A DNA stretch of 42,446 nucleotides from a virus (Duplodnaviria; Caudoviricetes): positions 1-42,446 of the IMG/VR virus record IMGVR_UViG_3300037309_000033, one strand, 5' to 3'. Made by a program: the position numbers and the translations under genes. Position 1 is the stretch's first letter, and every line of letters starts with the position of its first letter. Below the pieces are notes generated by a model. It did no database searches. It was not told the origin of the DNA and saw only the letters and a list, made by a program, of their open reading frames with translations. Positions 16,006-25,456 of this stretch are shown piece by piece.

Positions 16006-16455
16006 ATGGCGCAGGCAAAAACCGCCCGCGGCACCGCCCTGCTCATCAAAGTGGGCAACGGCGCCACGCCTGAAGTGTTCGCTCACAACTGCACGATCAA
16101 CGGGCAGCGTGCGCTTCAGTTTTCGGCCCAAACCAACGACGTCAATGTGCCAGACTGCGACACGCCTGAGCAGCTCGCTTGGATCGAGCGCGAGAAAGTG
16201 TCGGTCGGCGCCCAGATCACCGGCGAGGGCGTTCTGAACACCACCGATCTGGCCACCTACTTTGATTGGGTGACCGGCGAGGACACTAAGAACGTTAAAG
16301 TGGTGGTCGACGTTCCGTCTGCGGACGGTGGCCGCATCATGTCGGGCGCATTTCATTGCACGCAGTTCGACATCAGTGGCAACCGCGGCGAGAAGGTCAC
16401 GGCCTCGATCACGCTGCAGTCGAGCGGCGCGGTCACCATTGCGAACAACGCATGA
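16006..16455 (+). CDS. Major tail tube protein
   Basis: G..LLIKVGNGATPEVF...GEGV...SITLQSSGAVT. Confidence 0.9.
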   Translation: MAQAKTARGTALLIKVGNGATPEVFAHNCTINGQRALQFSAQTNDVNVPDCDTPEQLAWIEREKVSVGAQITGEGVLNTTDLATYFDWVTGEDTKNVKVVVDVPSADGGRIMSGAFHCTQFDISGNRGEKVTASITLQSSGAVTIANNA

Positions 16456-16850
16456 CGCGGTCGGCTCGGATCACGCTCGCGTGGGCCGACGGCGACCATC
16501 CGTTCCGGTTGGCAATCGGCCAGCTGCAGGAGCTGCAGGACAAGTGCGGCGCAGGCCCGCCCGAGATCTTGCGCCGCCTCATGTCGCAGACGTGGCACGT
16601 CAACGACGTGCGCGAGACGCTGCGCCTCGGGCTCATCGGTGGCGGCATGCCGCCCGCCGAGGCTTTGACGCTGGTCAAGCGCTACGTCGACGCCGAGGAC
16701 CGGCCTTTGGCCGAGAACGTTCTCTACGCCACCCTGGTCGTGCAGGCGGCGATTGTCGGCGTGGAGGACGAGAGCTTGGAAAAGCCGAAGGGGGCGGAGG
16801 AGACGACGGCGGAGACCACCGCATCGCCTTCGCCCCCCTCTACGGAATAG
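16452..16850 (+). CDS. Tail assembly chaperone (GTA-gp10-like, G product)
   Basis: WADGDHPFRLAIGQLQELQ...RETLRLGLIGGGM. Lies between tube and tape measure genes. Confidence 0.85.
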   Translation: MTRSARITLAWADGDHPFRLAIGQLQELQDKCGAGPPEILRRLMSQTWHVNDVRETLRLGLIGGGMPPAEALTLVKRYVDAEDRPLAENVLYATLVVQAAIVGVEDESLEKPKGAEETTAETTASPSPPSTE

Positions 16851-17014
16851 GCGCTGTTATGGGCTGGTCGCCGGCTCAGGTCGACGACTCCAGCCTCTGG
16901 CAGATCCACGCCGCTTGGCAGGGCTACCTGCAGGCGCACAACCCCGACCAGGGGCCACCGCCGCTGACCAACGCCGAGCATGACGCGCTCGTCGAGAAGT
17001 ACGCACACATCTGA
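16778..17014 (+). CDS. Tail assembly chaperone GT extension via probable -1 frameshift
   Basis: G-GAA-AAG slippery site at 16778-16784. The -1 frame gives GAVMGWSPAQVDDSSLWQ up to 17014. Confidence 0.7.
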   Translation, partial: GKAEGGGGDDGGDHRIAFAPLYGIGAVMGWSPAQVDDSSLWQIHAAWQGYLQAHNPDQGPPPLTNAEHDALVEKYAHI

Positions 17015-17033
17015 CGGACACTGATCATCTACC

Positions 17034-20000
17034 ATGGCTCGTGACGTTGAACAATTGGTGCTGCAGCTCAGCGCCGACATGCGCACGTTCGAGCGGACGA
17101 TGCTGAAGGCCGCGGGCGAAGCGGATCGCGCCGCAGCCCGTATCGAGCGCCGATTCCAGCAGATGAACCAGCAGGCGGTGCGGGACTTCCAAAACTTTCA
17201 GAACCAAGTGACCACCGTCATCGCGGCAATCGGCCTCAGCGCCATCGGCGCTGACGTTGTGCGGCTTGGGGACAGCTGGACTCGCGTTGGCAACGCGCTC
17301 GGCTTGGCTGGCGTCGAGAGCGACAGCCTCGCAGCCTCGCAGCAGATCGTCGCTGACATAGCTCTTGCGACCCGTTCTGATCTTGAGGCCACAGCCAAGC
17401 TGTTCTCGCGGCTTCTGCGCTCTTCGGAGGATTTGGGCGCCAATCTCACCGACGTTGCTGTCGCCACAGAGCTCGTCAACAAAGCTTTGGCCGGAGCATC
17501 AGCGTCGGAGCGGGCAAGCGCCACCGTGCAGCTTGGCCAGGGCTTGGCCTCCGGCCGCCTGCAGGGCGACGAGCTGCGCTCCATCCTCGAAAACTCGCGC
17601 CCACTCGCTGAGGCCATCGCCGCTGAGTTCGAGACGACTGTTGGCAATCTGCGCCGCCTGGGCGCGGAAGGCCAACTCGAGAGTCGCCGTGTATTCGAGG
17701 CCATCCTGGCCGCCGGGCCGGAGATCGAGGCTGCCTTCGCTCGAACGAACGCCACCGTCGAGGACAGCTTCACCAACCTGAACACCGCCGCGGCGCGCTG
17801 GGTAGGCACCTCTGAGGCCACCGGCGACGCGACGCGCGATCTCGCCAACCTCATTGGCTTTGTGGCCACCAATTTTAACGCGCTTGCTGACGCGGCCATC
17901 ATCGCGGCAGCGGTCATCGGCGGCACGCTGGCTGGCGCCGCTGTCGGCCAGGCCATCCGTGCGCTGACGACCATGGCGACGACAGCGCGCGGGGCCTCTG
18001 CCGCTCTGGCCTTCTTTGGCGGGCCGCTTGGCGTGGCGATTACTGGCGTCGGCTTGGCCCTTGGCTTTGTTGCGACCCAGACCAACCTCTTGGCTGACAC
18101 AACCCGCACCCTCCAGCGGGCGAACGACGACAGCGCGTCGGCCTTCCAGACCATCATCAATCTGTCCGAGCAGTTTGAGCGCGTTTCTCAGGCGCTGGAC
18201 GAAGGCGCGGACGCTGCGGAGACGCTGAAAGGCGCAACTGATGACGCCAAAGATTCAACTCTTGATCTGAAAGATTCGGCGCTGGATGCTGCCGCCGCTC
18301 TCGATGACCAGCTGTCCAGCTCCGCAGACCTGACGGAGCAGCTGTCGGCGCAAGAACGGCAGACCCGCGCCCTAGCCCTCGCTCGCCTTGCGGATGCTAG
18401 GGCAACCATCGAGCAGGCCCGCGCGTCTGCTCGCGCCGTTCTGGACACCGTTCGTCGCGACGCCATCATTCGCAACCTTGTACCGTTTGACGGCGTGCCA
18501 TTTCAGCCTGTCGCTCCGTTGTCGGACGAGCAAGAGGCGCAGGTACGTCAGGCGCAAACCGACCTAAATTTGTACGGCCAAGCGCTTGAGGACATTTCGG
18601 CGCTGCAGGAAGACGTGCGCAACGGCAGCGCGCGTCTTCGCCAGGAGGTTTCTGGAGGCTCCAACGGCGGCAGCAACGGCAACGGCGGAAACGCAGACCG
18701 CCAAGCCGCAGCCGCACGGCGACAAACAATTGCCGACCTTCAAGAGCAAGCTGCCTTGTCGCTGGCGCGCTTGCAGCAGGATCGCGCTCTGGTGGCGACG
18801 CTGGAGGATGCGGCGGAAGCCGAGCGCCGCACTCTGGCCTATCAGGAGGCAGGGCTTGATCTGGCGGCTGCGCGCTCTGCCGCGGAGGCGGAAGTCTCTG
18901 CTGAGCGCGCTGTTGCAAACCAACAGGCGGCCAATGCCTTGGAGCTGGCCGCGGTGCAGGAGCGTTTGGATTTGGCGCGCGCAGCCAATCAAACGAGTCT
19001 TGTCGATGCGATCTCTGATGAATTGGAGCTTCGTCGCCGCATTACCGAGTTGATCCAACTGGGCTTGACTGCAGACGATGCAGAGGCTCGCGCCCGCGCC
19101 TACGTCGAGGCCATGCGCGACGCCGAGCAGCAGACGCGTGATGCGCAAACAGCAGAGCGCGATCTTCAGGTTCAATTGGAAACGGCACGCGCTCGTGGTG
19201 ATGAGCGCGGCGTTGAAGCGGCTCAAAGGCGGCTGGATCTGGAGCGCCGCATCGCCGAGCTGCGCCAACTTGGCTTTGGCGAAGATATGGCTATGGCGCA
19301 AGCCGAGCGAGAGATCGCGGCACTTGAAAGCGCTGGCATTCAAAACAAATTCCGGACGTGGTTTCGCGAAGGAACTTTGGCCGCGCTGGATGGCGATCTT
19401 GGGTCGTTTTTTCAGAACTGGCTGAGCGATTGGGCGCAGCGCGGTCTAGAGAGGGCCCTTAATGATGTTGCCGATCAGCTGTTCGCCATCTTCCAGAATC
19501 AAATAACGGGCATTGTCGGTCAGGGGCAAGGCGGCCTTGGCGGCATCATTATGAATTTGGTCGGGTCGGGTGCGCAACGCGGATTAAACAAGTTGGGCGA
19601 AGACGCCAAACTTGCTGGCGATGACCTAAAGGGTAAGCTGGGTGCGGCTGCAGTAGCAGCGGCGGCCAATGCCGCTTTGTTCGGCTCGGCTTCGGCGGCG
19701 GCGGCGGGGGCGGAAGGCGCGGCGGCAGCGCAAAAGAGTGTGGCCGCGTTGACCACAACCGCAAGTCTTGGACGCCTCGCCGCAGCGGCTCAAGCAGCGA
19801 CCAAGGCGCTGGCGCAAGTGGCTGGCACGTCGCAGCCAGGCGGAAGCCAATTCGCTTCGTTTCTTTCTAGCCTCATCCCTCGCCTGCCTTCGTTCGGCGG
19901 CTTTCGCGCCAACGGCGGCCCGGTGTCGCCTGGCTTCGCTTACATGGTCGGAGAGCGCGGGCCGGAATCGTTTATTCCGTCTGTTCCCGGTACAATCATC

Positions 20001-20183
20001 CCGAATGGAATGTTTGGCGGGCGAACCGTGCAGCTGGTGGACAATACTGTGATCAACATTCAGGGCGCCTCAACCGCTGAAGTGCAGCAGTTGCGCTCAA
20101 CGATAGAGCAGGATTTGCAGACGCGGCAGGCCACCACGGTGCGGATCGTGCAGGAGGCGCTTAACCGGCGAGCCCTGCGATGA
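17034..20183 (+). CDS. Tape measure protein
   Basis: 1049 aa, Ala-rich. QLGQGLASGRLQGDELRSILEN and GFRANGGPV...VGERGPE. Confidence 0.95.
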   Translation: MARDVEQLVLQLSADMRTFERTMLKAAGEADRAAARIERRFQQMNQQAVRDFQNFQNQVTTVIAAIGLSAIGADVVRLGDSWTRVGNALGLAGVESDSLAASQQIVADIALATRSDLEATAKLFSRLLRSSEDLGANLTDVAVATELVNKALAGASASERASATVQLGQGLASGRLQGDELRSILENSRPLAEAIAAEFETTVGNLRRLGAEGQLESRRVFEAILAAGPEIEAAFARTNATVEDSFTNLNTAAARWVGTSEATGDATRDLANLIGFVATNFNALADAAIIAAAVIGGTLAGAAVGQAIRALTTMATTARGASAALAFFGGPLGVAITGVGLALGFVATQTNLLADTTRTLQRANDDSASAFQTIINLSEQFERVSQALDEGADAAETLKGATDDAKDSTLDLKDSALDAAAALDDQLSSSADLTEQLSAQERQTRALALARLADARATIEQARASARAVLDTVRRDAIIRNLVPFDGVPFQPVAPLSDEQEAQVRQAQTDLNLYGQALEDISALQEDVRNGSARLRQEVSGGSNGGSNGNGGNADRQAAAARRQTIADLQEQAALSLARLQQDRALVATLEDAAEAERRTLAYQEAGLDLAAARSAAEAEVSAERAVANQQAANALELAAVQERLDLARAANQTSLVDAISDELELRRRITELIQLGLTADDAEARARAYVEAMRDAEQQTRDAQTAERDLQVQLETARARGDERGVEAAQRRLDLERRIAELRQLGFGEDMAMAQAEREIAALESAGIQNKFRTWFREGTLAALDGDLGSFFQNWLSDWAQRGLERALNDVADQLFAIFQNQITGIVGQGQGGLGGIIMNLVGSGAQRGLNKLGEDAKLAGDDLKGKLGAAAVAAAANAALFGSASAAAAGAEGAAAAQKSVAALTTTASLGRLAAAAQAATKALAQVAGTSQPGGSQFASFLSSLIPRLPSFGGFRANGGPVSPGFAYMVGERGPESFIPSVPGTIIPNGMFGGRTVQLVDNTVINIQGASTAEVQQLRSTIEQDLQTRQATTVRIVQEALNRRALR

Positions 20184-20857
20184 GTCTTACCTTCCCGCGC
20201 GACCTGCCGTCGCTAAAAATCCGACGCTGCAATTTCGAGCTTGATCGGGGCGGCGACGCCATAACGGCTGAGCAGAAAGGGCGCGTCGTCTCGGTGCAGT
20301 TAGCCGATCCGCTGTGGCGCATGACGCTTCAGACCGAGATCAGCAACGAGGCCGACTGGGGTCGCTGGACCGCTTTCGTGGACAGCCTGCAGGGTGCTCG
20401 CCATTCGTTCTATGGCTTCGACATCCACCGAAAGCGGCCACGCCTCTATCCGCGCGGTTTCATCGACGCCACAACGCAAGAGCCCCTGACGCGCGCCGCT
20501 GGCGGCACTTTTGATGGCGATGCTCTGACATGGAGCGTTTCGTCGTCGCGCGAGGTTCTGATGCTGACCGGTCTGCCGGCGGCGCTGCGCCTAACTGAGC
20601 GCGACTATATCGGATTCCGTTGGGGCACGAACCGTCGAGCTCTTGTCCGTGTGCTGAACGAATCGAACACCACCGCCGAGGGCGTTGGATCGTGGAGCAT
20701 TGCGCCAGTGCTTCCGCGCATCATCCCAGCCGAGGCCACCGCGACGCTGCTAAACCCAGCCTGCACCATGAAAATGCTGCCCGGAACGGCTCAGCCCGAG
20801 CGCGAAGGCAAAGCCTGGGCCATCCGTTTTGAAGCCATCCAGCACCTGATCGACTGA
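20180..20857 (+). CDS. Distal tail protein
   Basis: Position after the tape measure gene. LWRMTL...W.AFVDSLQG pattern. Confidence 0.7.
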   Translation: MSLTFPRDLPSLKIRRCNFELDRGGDAITAEQKGRVVSVQLADPLWRMTLQTEISNEADWGRWTAFVDSLQGARHSFYGFDIHRKRPRLYPRGFIDATTQEPLTRAAGGTFDGDALTWSVSSSREVLMLTGLPAALRLTERDYIGFRWGTNRRALVRVLNESNTTAEGVGSWSIAPVLPRIIPAEATATLLNPACTMKMLPGTAQPEREGKAWAIRFEAIQHLID

Positions 20858-21498
20858 TGCGCACTCTTTCTGAAGATGCCGTCGCTCAGCTCAACGGCGA
20901 GCGCCTGGTCATCGGCGGCGCTGCCCGATTCCTGATTGGCCCAGGCTATCGCTTCTGGTCTGGCTACGACGACCTGACGCTCGACGGCGAGGTGTTCCAA
21001 GGCATCGGCGCACGGGCGCTGATTACGCCGATCTCGGCTCAGTCGGGCGGCGCAGCCGAGGGCGCGGTGATTGAGTTGTCGGGTCTGGATCCTGACGTCG
21101 CGGCGACCATCGAGAACGAAGATTACCACCAGCGGCCGGTGACGATCTGGCGGCTGGTGTTCAGCCCGGACGGCGCCACGTTGCTGGGCTCTATGATCTT
21201 CATGCGGGGTCGGCTGGACATCGCGCCCATCGTGGAGGGCGAGACGTCATCCATTCGCTTCACAATCGAGGGGCCGCGCAGGGACATGGGGCGGCGCGGC
21301 AGCCGCATCCGCTCAGACGCGGATCAGCGCGTGCTGGGCGGCCCTACGGACGGCGCCTTCCGCAACGTTTCGGTCGCTGGCCGCAAGACGCTCTACTGGG
21401 GCCAGAGACCAACAGTTGGACCTGCGAGTGTGTCAACGGTCGGCGGATCGTCTGGCAACAGAGGCGGCGCAACTCGACCCGGCACGGTGAGAGTGTGA
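20857..21498 (+). CDS. Tail hub / minor tail protein
   Basis: RFWSG...GEVFQGIG...LSGLDP...FMRGRLD...DADQR...WG. Confidence 0.7.
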   Translation: MRTLSEDAVAQLNGERLVIGGAARFLIGPGYRFWSGYDDLTLDGEVFQGIGARALITPISAQSGGAAEGAVIELSGLDPDVAATIENEDYHQRPVTIWRLVFSPDGATLLGSMIFMRGRLDIAPIVEGETSSIRFTIEGPRRDMGRRGSRIRSDADQRVLGGPTDGAFRNVSVAGRKTLYWGQRPTVGPASVSTVGGSSGNRGGATRPGTVRV

Positions 21499-21905
21499 AC
21501 GGCCGATTTTGGGACTGGCCCGAGCGCCTGCTTGCCTACCTCGACAAGGCGCAAGGGCGCCGGTTCGCTTGGGTTTCGGACGATCCCGACACGCATGATT
21601 GCGCTCGCTTCGCTGCGGGCGCGGTTCTGGCGATGACGGGCGAGCAGCTGCTGCCGACCTGGGGCTATCGCACCGAGATCGGCGCTTATCGACATTTGAA
21701 ACGCGAGGGCGGGCTGGCGGCCATGGCCGATGCCCGCTTGCCGCGCATCGGCATCGGTGCGGCGCGCAGGGGAGACGTGGGACTGATCATGCAAGACGGC
21801 CGCGAGACTCTGACGGTGGTTCTGGGCGTGGACATCGCCGGGCCTGCTGAGCGCGGCCTTGCTTTCGTTCCAAGGGCGGAGCTTGTCGCCGCCTGGACGG
21901 TGTGA
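21495..21905 (+). CDS. NlpC/P60-like tail-tip protein (DUF6950-like)
   Basis: DWPERL...FAW...HDCARFAAGAVLAMTG...ARRGDV. Confidence 0.75.
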   Translation: MNGRFWDWPERLLAYLDKAQGRRFAWVSDDPDTHDCARFAAGAVLAMTGEQLLPTWGYRTEIGAYRHLKREGGLAAMADARLPRIGIGAARRGDVGLIMQDGRETLTVVLGVDIAGPAERGLAFVPRAELVAAWTV

Positions 21906-21908
21906 TTC

Positions 21909-24900
21909 ATGCCTCCTGTTGTCGCAGCGATCACGGCTGCGGTCACTGCGGTTGTCGGCGCCGTTGCGTCAGTCGTCGGCGCGGTCGCCGCGTGGAGCGT
22001 TGGCGGCGTCGCGATTGGACGAGTGCTTTTGCAGGTGGGCCTCAGCCTTGCTCTGCAGAAGCTGTTTGCGCCACGCACGCCGCGCAACACGGCAGCCCGC
22101 CAGGCCAGCGTCTTGGAGCTTACCCTTGGCGAAGACGCGCGGGAGGCGATCTTTGGCCGCGCCTGCACTGGCGGCTCTCTGATGGCCTGCTGGAACGACG
22201 GTGCCGAAAACGAGTTTGAGACGTTCATCATCGCGCTGGCGGATCACCGCTGCGATGCCCTTGAGGGCTTCTACGTTAACGACGTCTACTACGCCTTCAC
22301 CGGCGACGGCGCACAGACCCACAGCGATTTTCAAGACAACGGCTCGAAGCTCTGGATTTGGTGGCGCGATGGAGCCCACACCACGCCGACGCCGCCGATG
22401 GCGATCGAGGGCGTGGCGGCTGGCGTCTACCTTGGTGGCGAGCTGGCGAAAGACGTTGCCCACGTCGCGGTTCGCTACCAGATCAGCGACAAGGTCTGGA
22501 AGGCCGGACGCCCGAATTTTCGCTGGGTGGTGCGCGGCTATCACTGCTACGACCCGCGCTTCGACAGTACCGCTCCTGGCGGCTCTGGGCTGCAGCGCTG
22601 GGATGATCCGAGCACGCACGTTTGGACCGAGAACGCTGAAGTGTGCGCGTTCAACTACGCCCTTGGCGTGCGGTCGCATTTTTCGCGGCAGCTCGTGGTC
22701 GGACCTGGCCGCGGCATCGAAGAGATGTGCCGCCAGACCTGCATCGCGGGAGCCAATCTTTGCGACGAAGACGTGCCGCTGAAGGCGGGCGGCACGGAGA
22801 AGCGTTATCGCATCAGCGCGGTGATCCGCGCTGATGAGACTTGGATCGACGTTGAGGAAAACTTTGCCGCCGCGATGGCTGGCGAGCTGACGGAGCGCGA
22901 CGGCCAGATCGCCACTGACTTCGGCGCCGCGAAGGAGCTGTCGGCCACGTTTACAGACGGCGATCTGCTCCGTGGTCGCGAGAGGAGCTACCAGGGCAAG
23001 CTGTCCCGTAACGAGCTGGTCAACACCGTTGCGGTCACCTTCGTTGACCCCACACAGCTTTGGGAGCCTGCGACCGCGCCGCTGCGTCGCAGCCTGGAGG
23101 ACATCGAAAGCGACCGCGAAGCGCGCGAGGAGACCCTTGAGCTTCCGTTCGTGTTCAGCCCGACCCAAGCGCAGCGCATCGGCGAGATCAACCGCCGCGC
23201 TAACCGCCTGCAGGCTCAGGCCGTCGTGCCGCTCGGACCTAAGTTCATGCGGCTGCAGCCGGGCGATTGGGTGGGCTGGCAGAGCGACCGTTGGTTCGGC
23301 GGCGCCACTCGCACGTTCCGGATCGTCGGCGGCCAGTACGAAGACACCGGCAGCACCATCTTTGGGCTGCGCCAGACGGCTGCCAGCGTGTTCGCCTGGA
23401 ATCCGGCAACGGACGAATTGGACGCTCAGGCGCCGGCCTATCTGCCGCCTGGCGCTCCGGCTGCAGCTGTGGTGCGCGACTTCGACGCTCAGCCGCTGGA
23501 GATCACGTCGGCGAGCGGGATCTCGGCCGGCGCGATCGAGACGACGTGGACGGCGCCACAAGACGCCACGATCAGCGCGTTGCGCATCGAGTACCGCCCT
23601 GTCGGCGGAACGCAGGCCACTGCGATCACGGTCGACGCCCGCGTCGGCCGGTATGTTATCGACGTTCTGCCCGTCACCGATGTCGACTATGAGGTGCGCG
23701 CGACACCGGTCGTTTACGATCGTCAGGCGCAGACCACGGCTTGGCGCTTTGTCTCGCTGTCGGCGCCGTTCAACCTGCCGTTGCCGCCAAACAACTTCGT
23801 CGGTTTTCAGACGGGCGACAGCATTCGGTTTCAGTGGACGCCCTACCCCGATCCGACGCTGAAATACGAGATCCGTTCGGGCGCAACATTCGACTTGGGC
23901 CGTTATGTCGACATGGTTGCTGGCGGCTCTACCATGGTGCAGTGGCCGATCGTCGGAGAAGACGACGAAATCCTGTTCTGGATTAAAACCATTCATCGCA
24001 GCGGTGTTTACTCTACCGACGCTGCGCTTTGGGTGGCGACAGCGGCGAGCGTCGGCAACCGCAACTTTGTCTTTGAGACCGATTATCAGGCGGAGGATTT
24101 TCCCGGAACCCTGCACAAGCTGACCCGCACGACGGTCGGCGGCCTGCCCGTTCTTGAGCTGCAGTACGACGGCGGGCTGTCGGCTGCGCGGGGCGACTAT
24201 TATGCCGAGGCAACGCTGCTTGATTCTTTCCGGGCACGGACTTGGCTAGAGCAGCGCGCGTCCGCGTTTGTCGGCGACCTGCCGACCTGGGAGGCAGCAG
24301 ACGCCACTTGGGACGAGTTTGGCGACACCGATTGGGAGCCCGATATTGGCGATCCAGGATCTGCGCGGCTCGACACCGCCATTGCGACGGATGCGCCGCT
24401 TCCGGCGTCGCTTGTCGAGGGCTGGCGTTTTAGTGGCGACCTGATCGGCGCCAAGAGTGCGACAGCGCCGATCGACTCTGGCGGATTGAGTTATGGCGCA
24501 GGGAGGTGCGCACAGGCGGTGGCCGTAACAGAGTTGGGCCATTTGGTCTACACCGTGGCCATTCCGAACACTTTTAGTGTGTTGATGGATGTGCGGTTGA
24601 GCGCCTTGCCTACCGCCGATGCGTCACTTCTGACTGTCGGCAATGGCCTTGGCCGCTGGATGCAGGTCTGGTGGCGCCATAGCGACCAGAAAGTCGTCTT
24701 GAGCGACGAGACAGGCGTGATCGCAGCAGCGGCCGTTACGCCGCTACTTGATGACACATGGTCGGTGGCGATGTGGCAGAGCGCCGCTGGTCGCGGCTTT
24801 GTCGTCGGCGCACGCTTGATGCAAAAGACGGTCTCGGGCTCTGCGGCCCGCGCGTCGGCGCCGACCTATGCCGCAATGAGCGTGGGCGGCTCGGCGCTTG

Positions 24901-25451
24901 ACGGCGCGTCTTGGGACGAGATCGACGAGACCTGGGAAGAAGCCGACTACACATGGTTTCAGGCAGGCGGCGTCGGCGTCACTCGCCCCTTCTCTGGTCG
25001 CTACAGCGATCTGGAGGTCTACGAGGGCGAAAGTCGGGGCGCCGCGTTCGGTCCTAATTGGGATCTGCGAGGGCCTGTCGGCTACACGCCCTTCGCGCCC
25101 TTTGTGGTCGGCGATTACACGTTTGAGCGCGCCTTCATCCGCATGCGGATCAGCGCACCCGAACCTTTCGCCCAAGTGCTCTCGATCACGCGGGCAAAGC
25201 TGAACGTCGACGTGCCCGACACCATCGACAAGGGCGAGATAGACCTGCCCTCAGATGGGGCTTGGGTCACTTTTAACCGCGCTTTCTATTTGCCTCCATC
25301 GGTAACGGCCACGCAGCGCTCCGGCGTCACGCGGGCGGTTGTCCAAGTCGAGCAAATCGAGCGCACGCGATTCTTCGCTCGTCTCTACCAGAGCGACAAT
25401 CCCGCCACCGCCATCGCGGGGCGCATCACCTACGCAGCGAACGGATTCTGA
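21909..25451 (+). CDS. Tail tip / host-specificity protein (J-like) with FN3-like and LamG-like regions
   Basis: YDPR, WTEN, ANLCDE, QAQRI, LQPGDWV. 1180 aa. Confidence 0.88.
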   Translation: MPPVVAAITAAVTAVVGAVASVVGAVAAWSVGGVAIGRVLLQVGLSLALQKLFAPRTPRNTAARQASVLELTLGEDAREAIFGRACTGGSLMACWNDGAENEFETFIIALADHRCDALEGFYVNDVYYAFTGDGAQTHSDFQDNGSKLWIWWRDGAHTTPTPPMAIEGVAAGVYLGGELAKDVAHVAVRYQISDKVWKAGRPNFRWVVRGYHCYDPRFDSTAPGGSGLQRWDDPSTHVWTENAEVCAFNYALGVRSHFSRQLVVGPGRGIEEMCRQTCIAGANLCDEDVPLKAGGTEKRYRISAVIRADETWIDVEENFAAAMAGELTERDGQIATDFGAAKELSATFTDGDLLRGRERSYQGKLSRNELVNTVAVTFVDPTQLWEPATAPLRRSLEDIESDREAREETLELPFVFSPTQAQRIGEINRRANRLQAQAVVPLGPKFMRLQPGDWVGWQSDRWFGGATRTFRIVGGQYEDTGSTIFGLRQTAASVFAWNPATDELDAQAPAYLPPGAPAAAVVRDFDAQPLEITSASGISAGAIETTWTAPQDATISALRIEYRPVGGTQATAITVDARVGRYVIDVLPVTDVDYEVRATPVVYDRQAQTTAWRFVSLSAPFNLPLPPNNFVGFQTGDSIRFQWTPYPDPTLKYEIRSGATFDLGRYVDMVAGGSTMVQWPIVGEDDEILFWIKTIHRSGVYSTDAALWVATAASVGNRNFVFETDYQAEDFPGTLHKLTRTTVGGLPVLELQYDGGLSAARGDYYAEATLLDSFRARTWLEQRASAFVGDLPTWEAADATWDEFGDTDWEPDIGDPGSARLDTAIATDAPLPASLVEGWRFSGDLIGAKSATAPIDSGGLSYGAGRCAQAVAVTELGHLVYTVAIPNTFSVLMDVRLSALPTADASLLTVGNGLGRWMQVWWRHSDQKVVLSDETGVIAAAAVTPLLDDTWSVAMWQSAAGRGFVVGARLMQKTVSGSAARASAPTYAAMSVGGSALDGASWDEIDETWEEADYTWFQAGGVGVTRPFSGRYSDLEVYEGESRGAAFGPNWDLRGPVGYTPFAPFVVGDYTFERAFIRMRISAPEPFAQVLSITRAKLNVDVPDTIDKGEIDLPSDGAWVTFNRAFYLPPSVTATQRSGVTRAVVQVEQIERTRFFARLYQSDNPATAIAGRITYAANGF

Positions 25452-25456
25452 TCATC

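Noticed and set aside
16776-16790. Tail chaperone frameshift as a novelty
   Set aside because: This is a well-established feature of long-tailed phages, so it is listed as a feature only.
21969-24116. 715-aa antisense ORF
   Set aside because: High-GC shadow of the tail-tip gene with no recognisable motifs.
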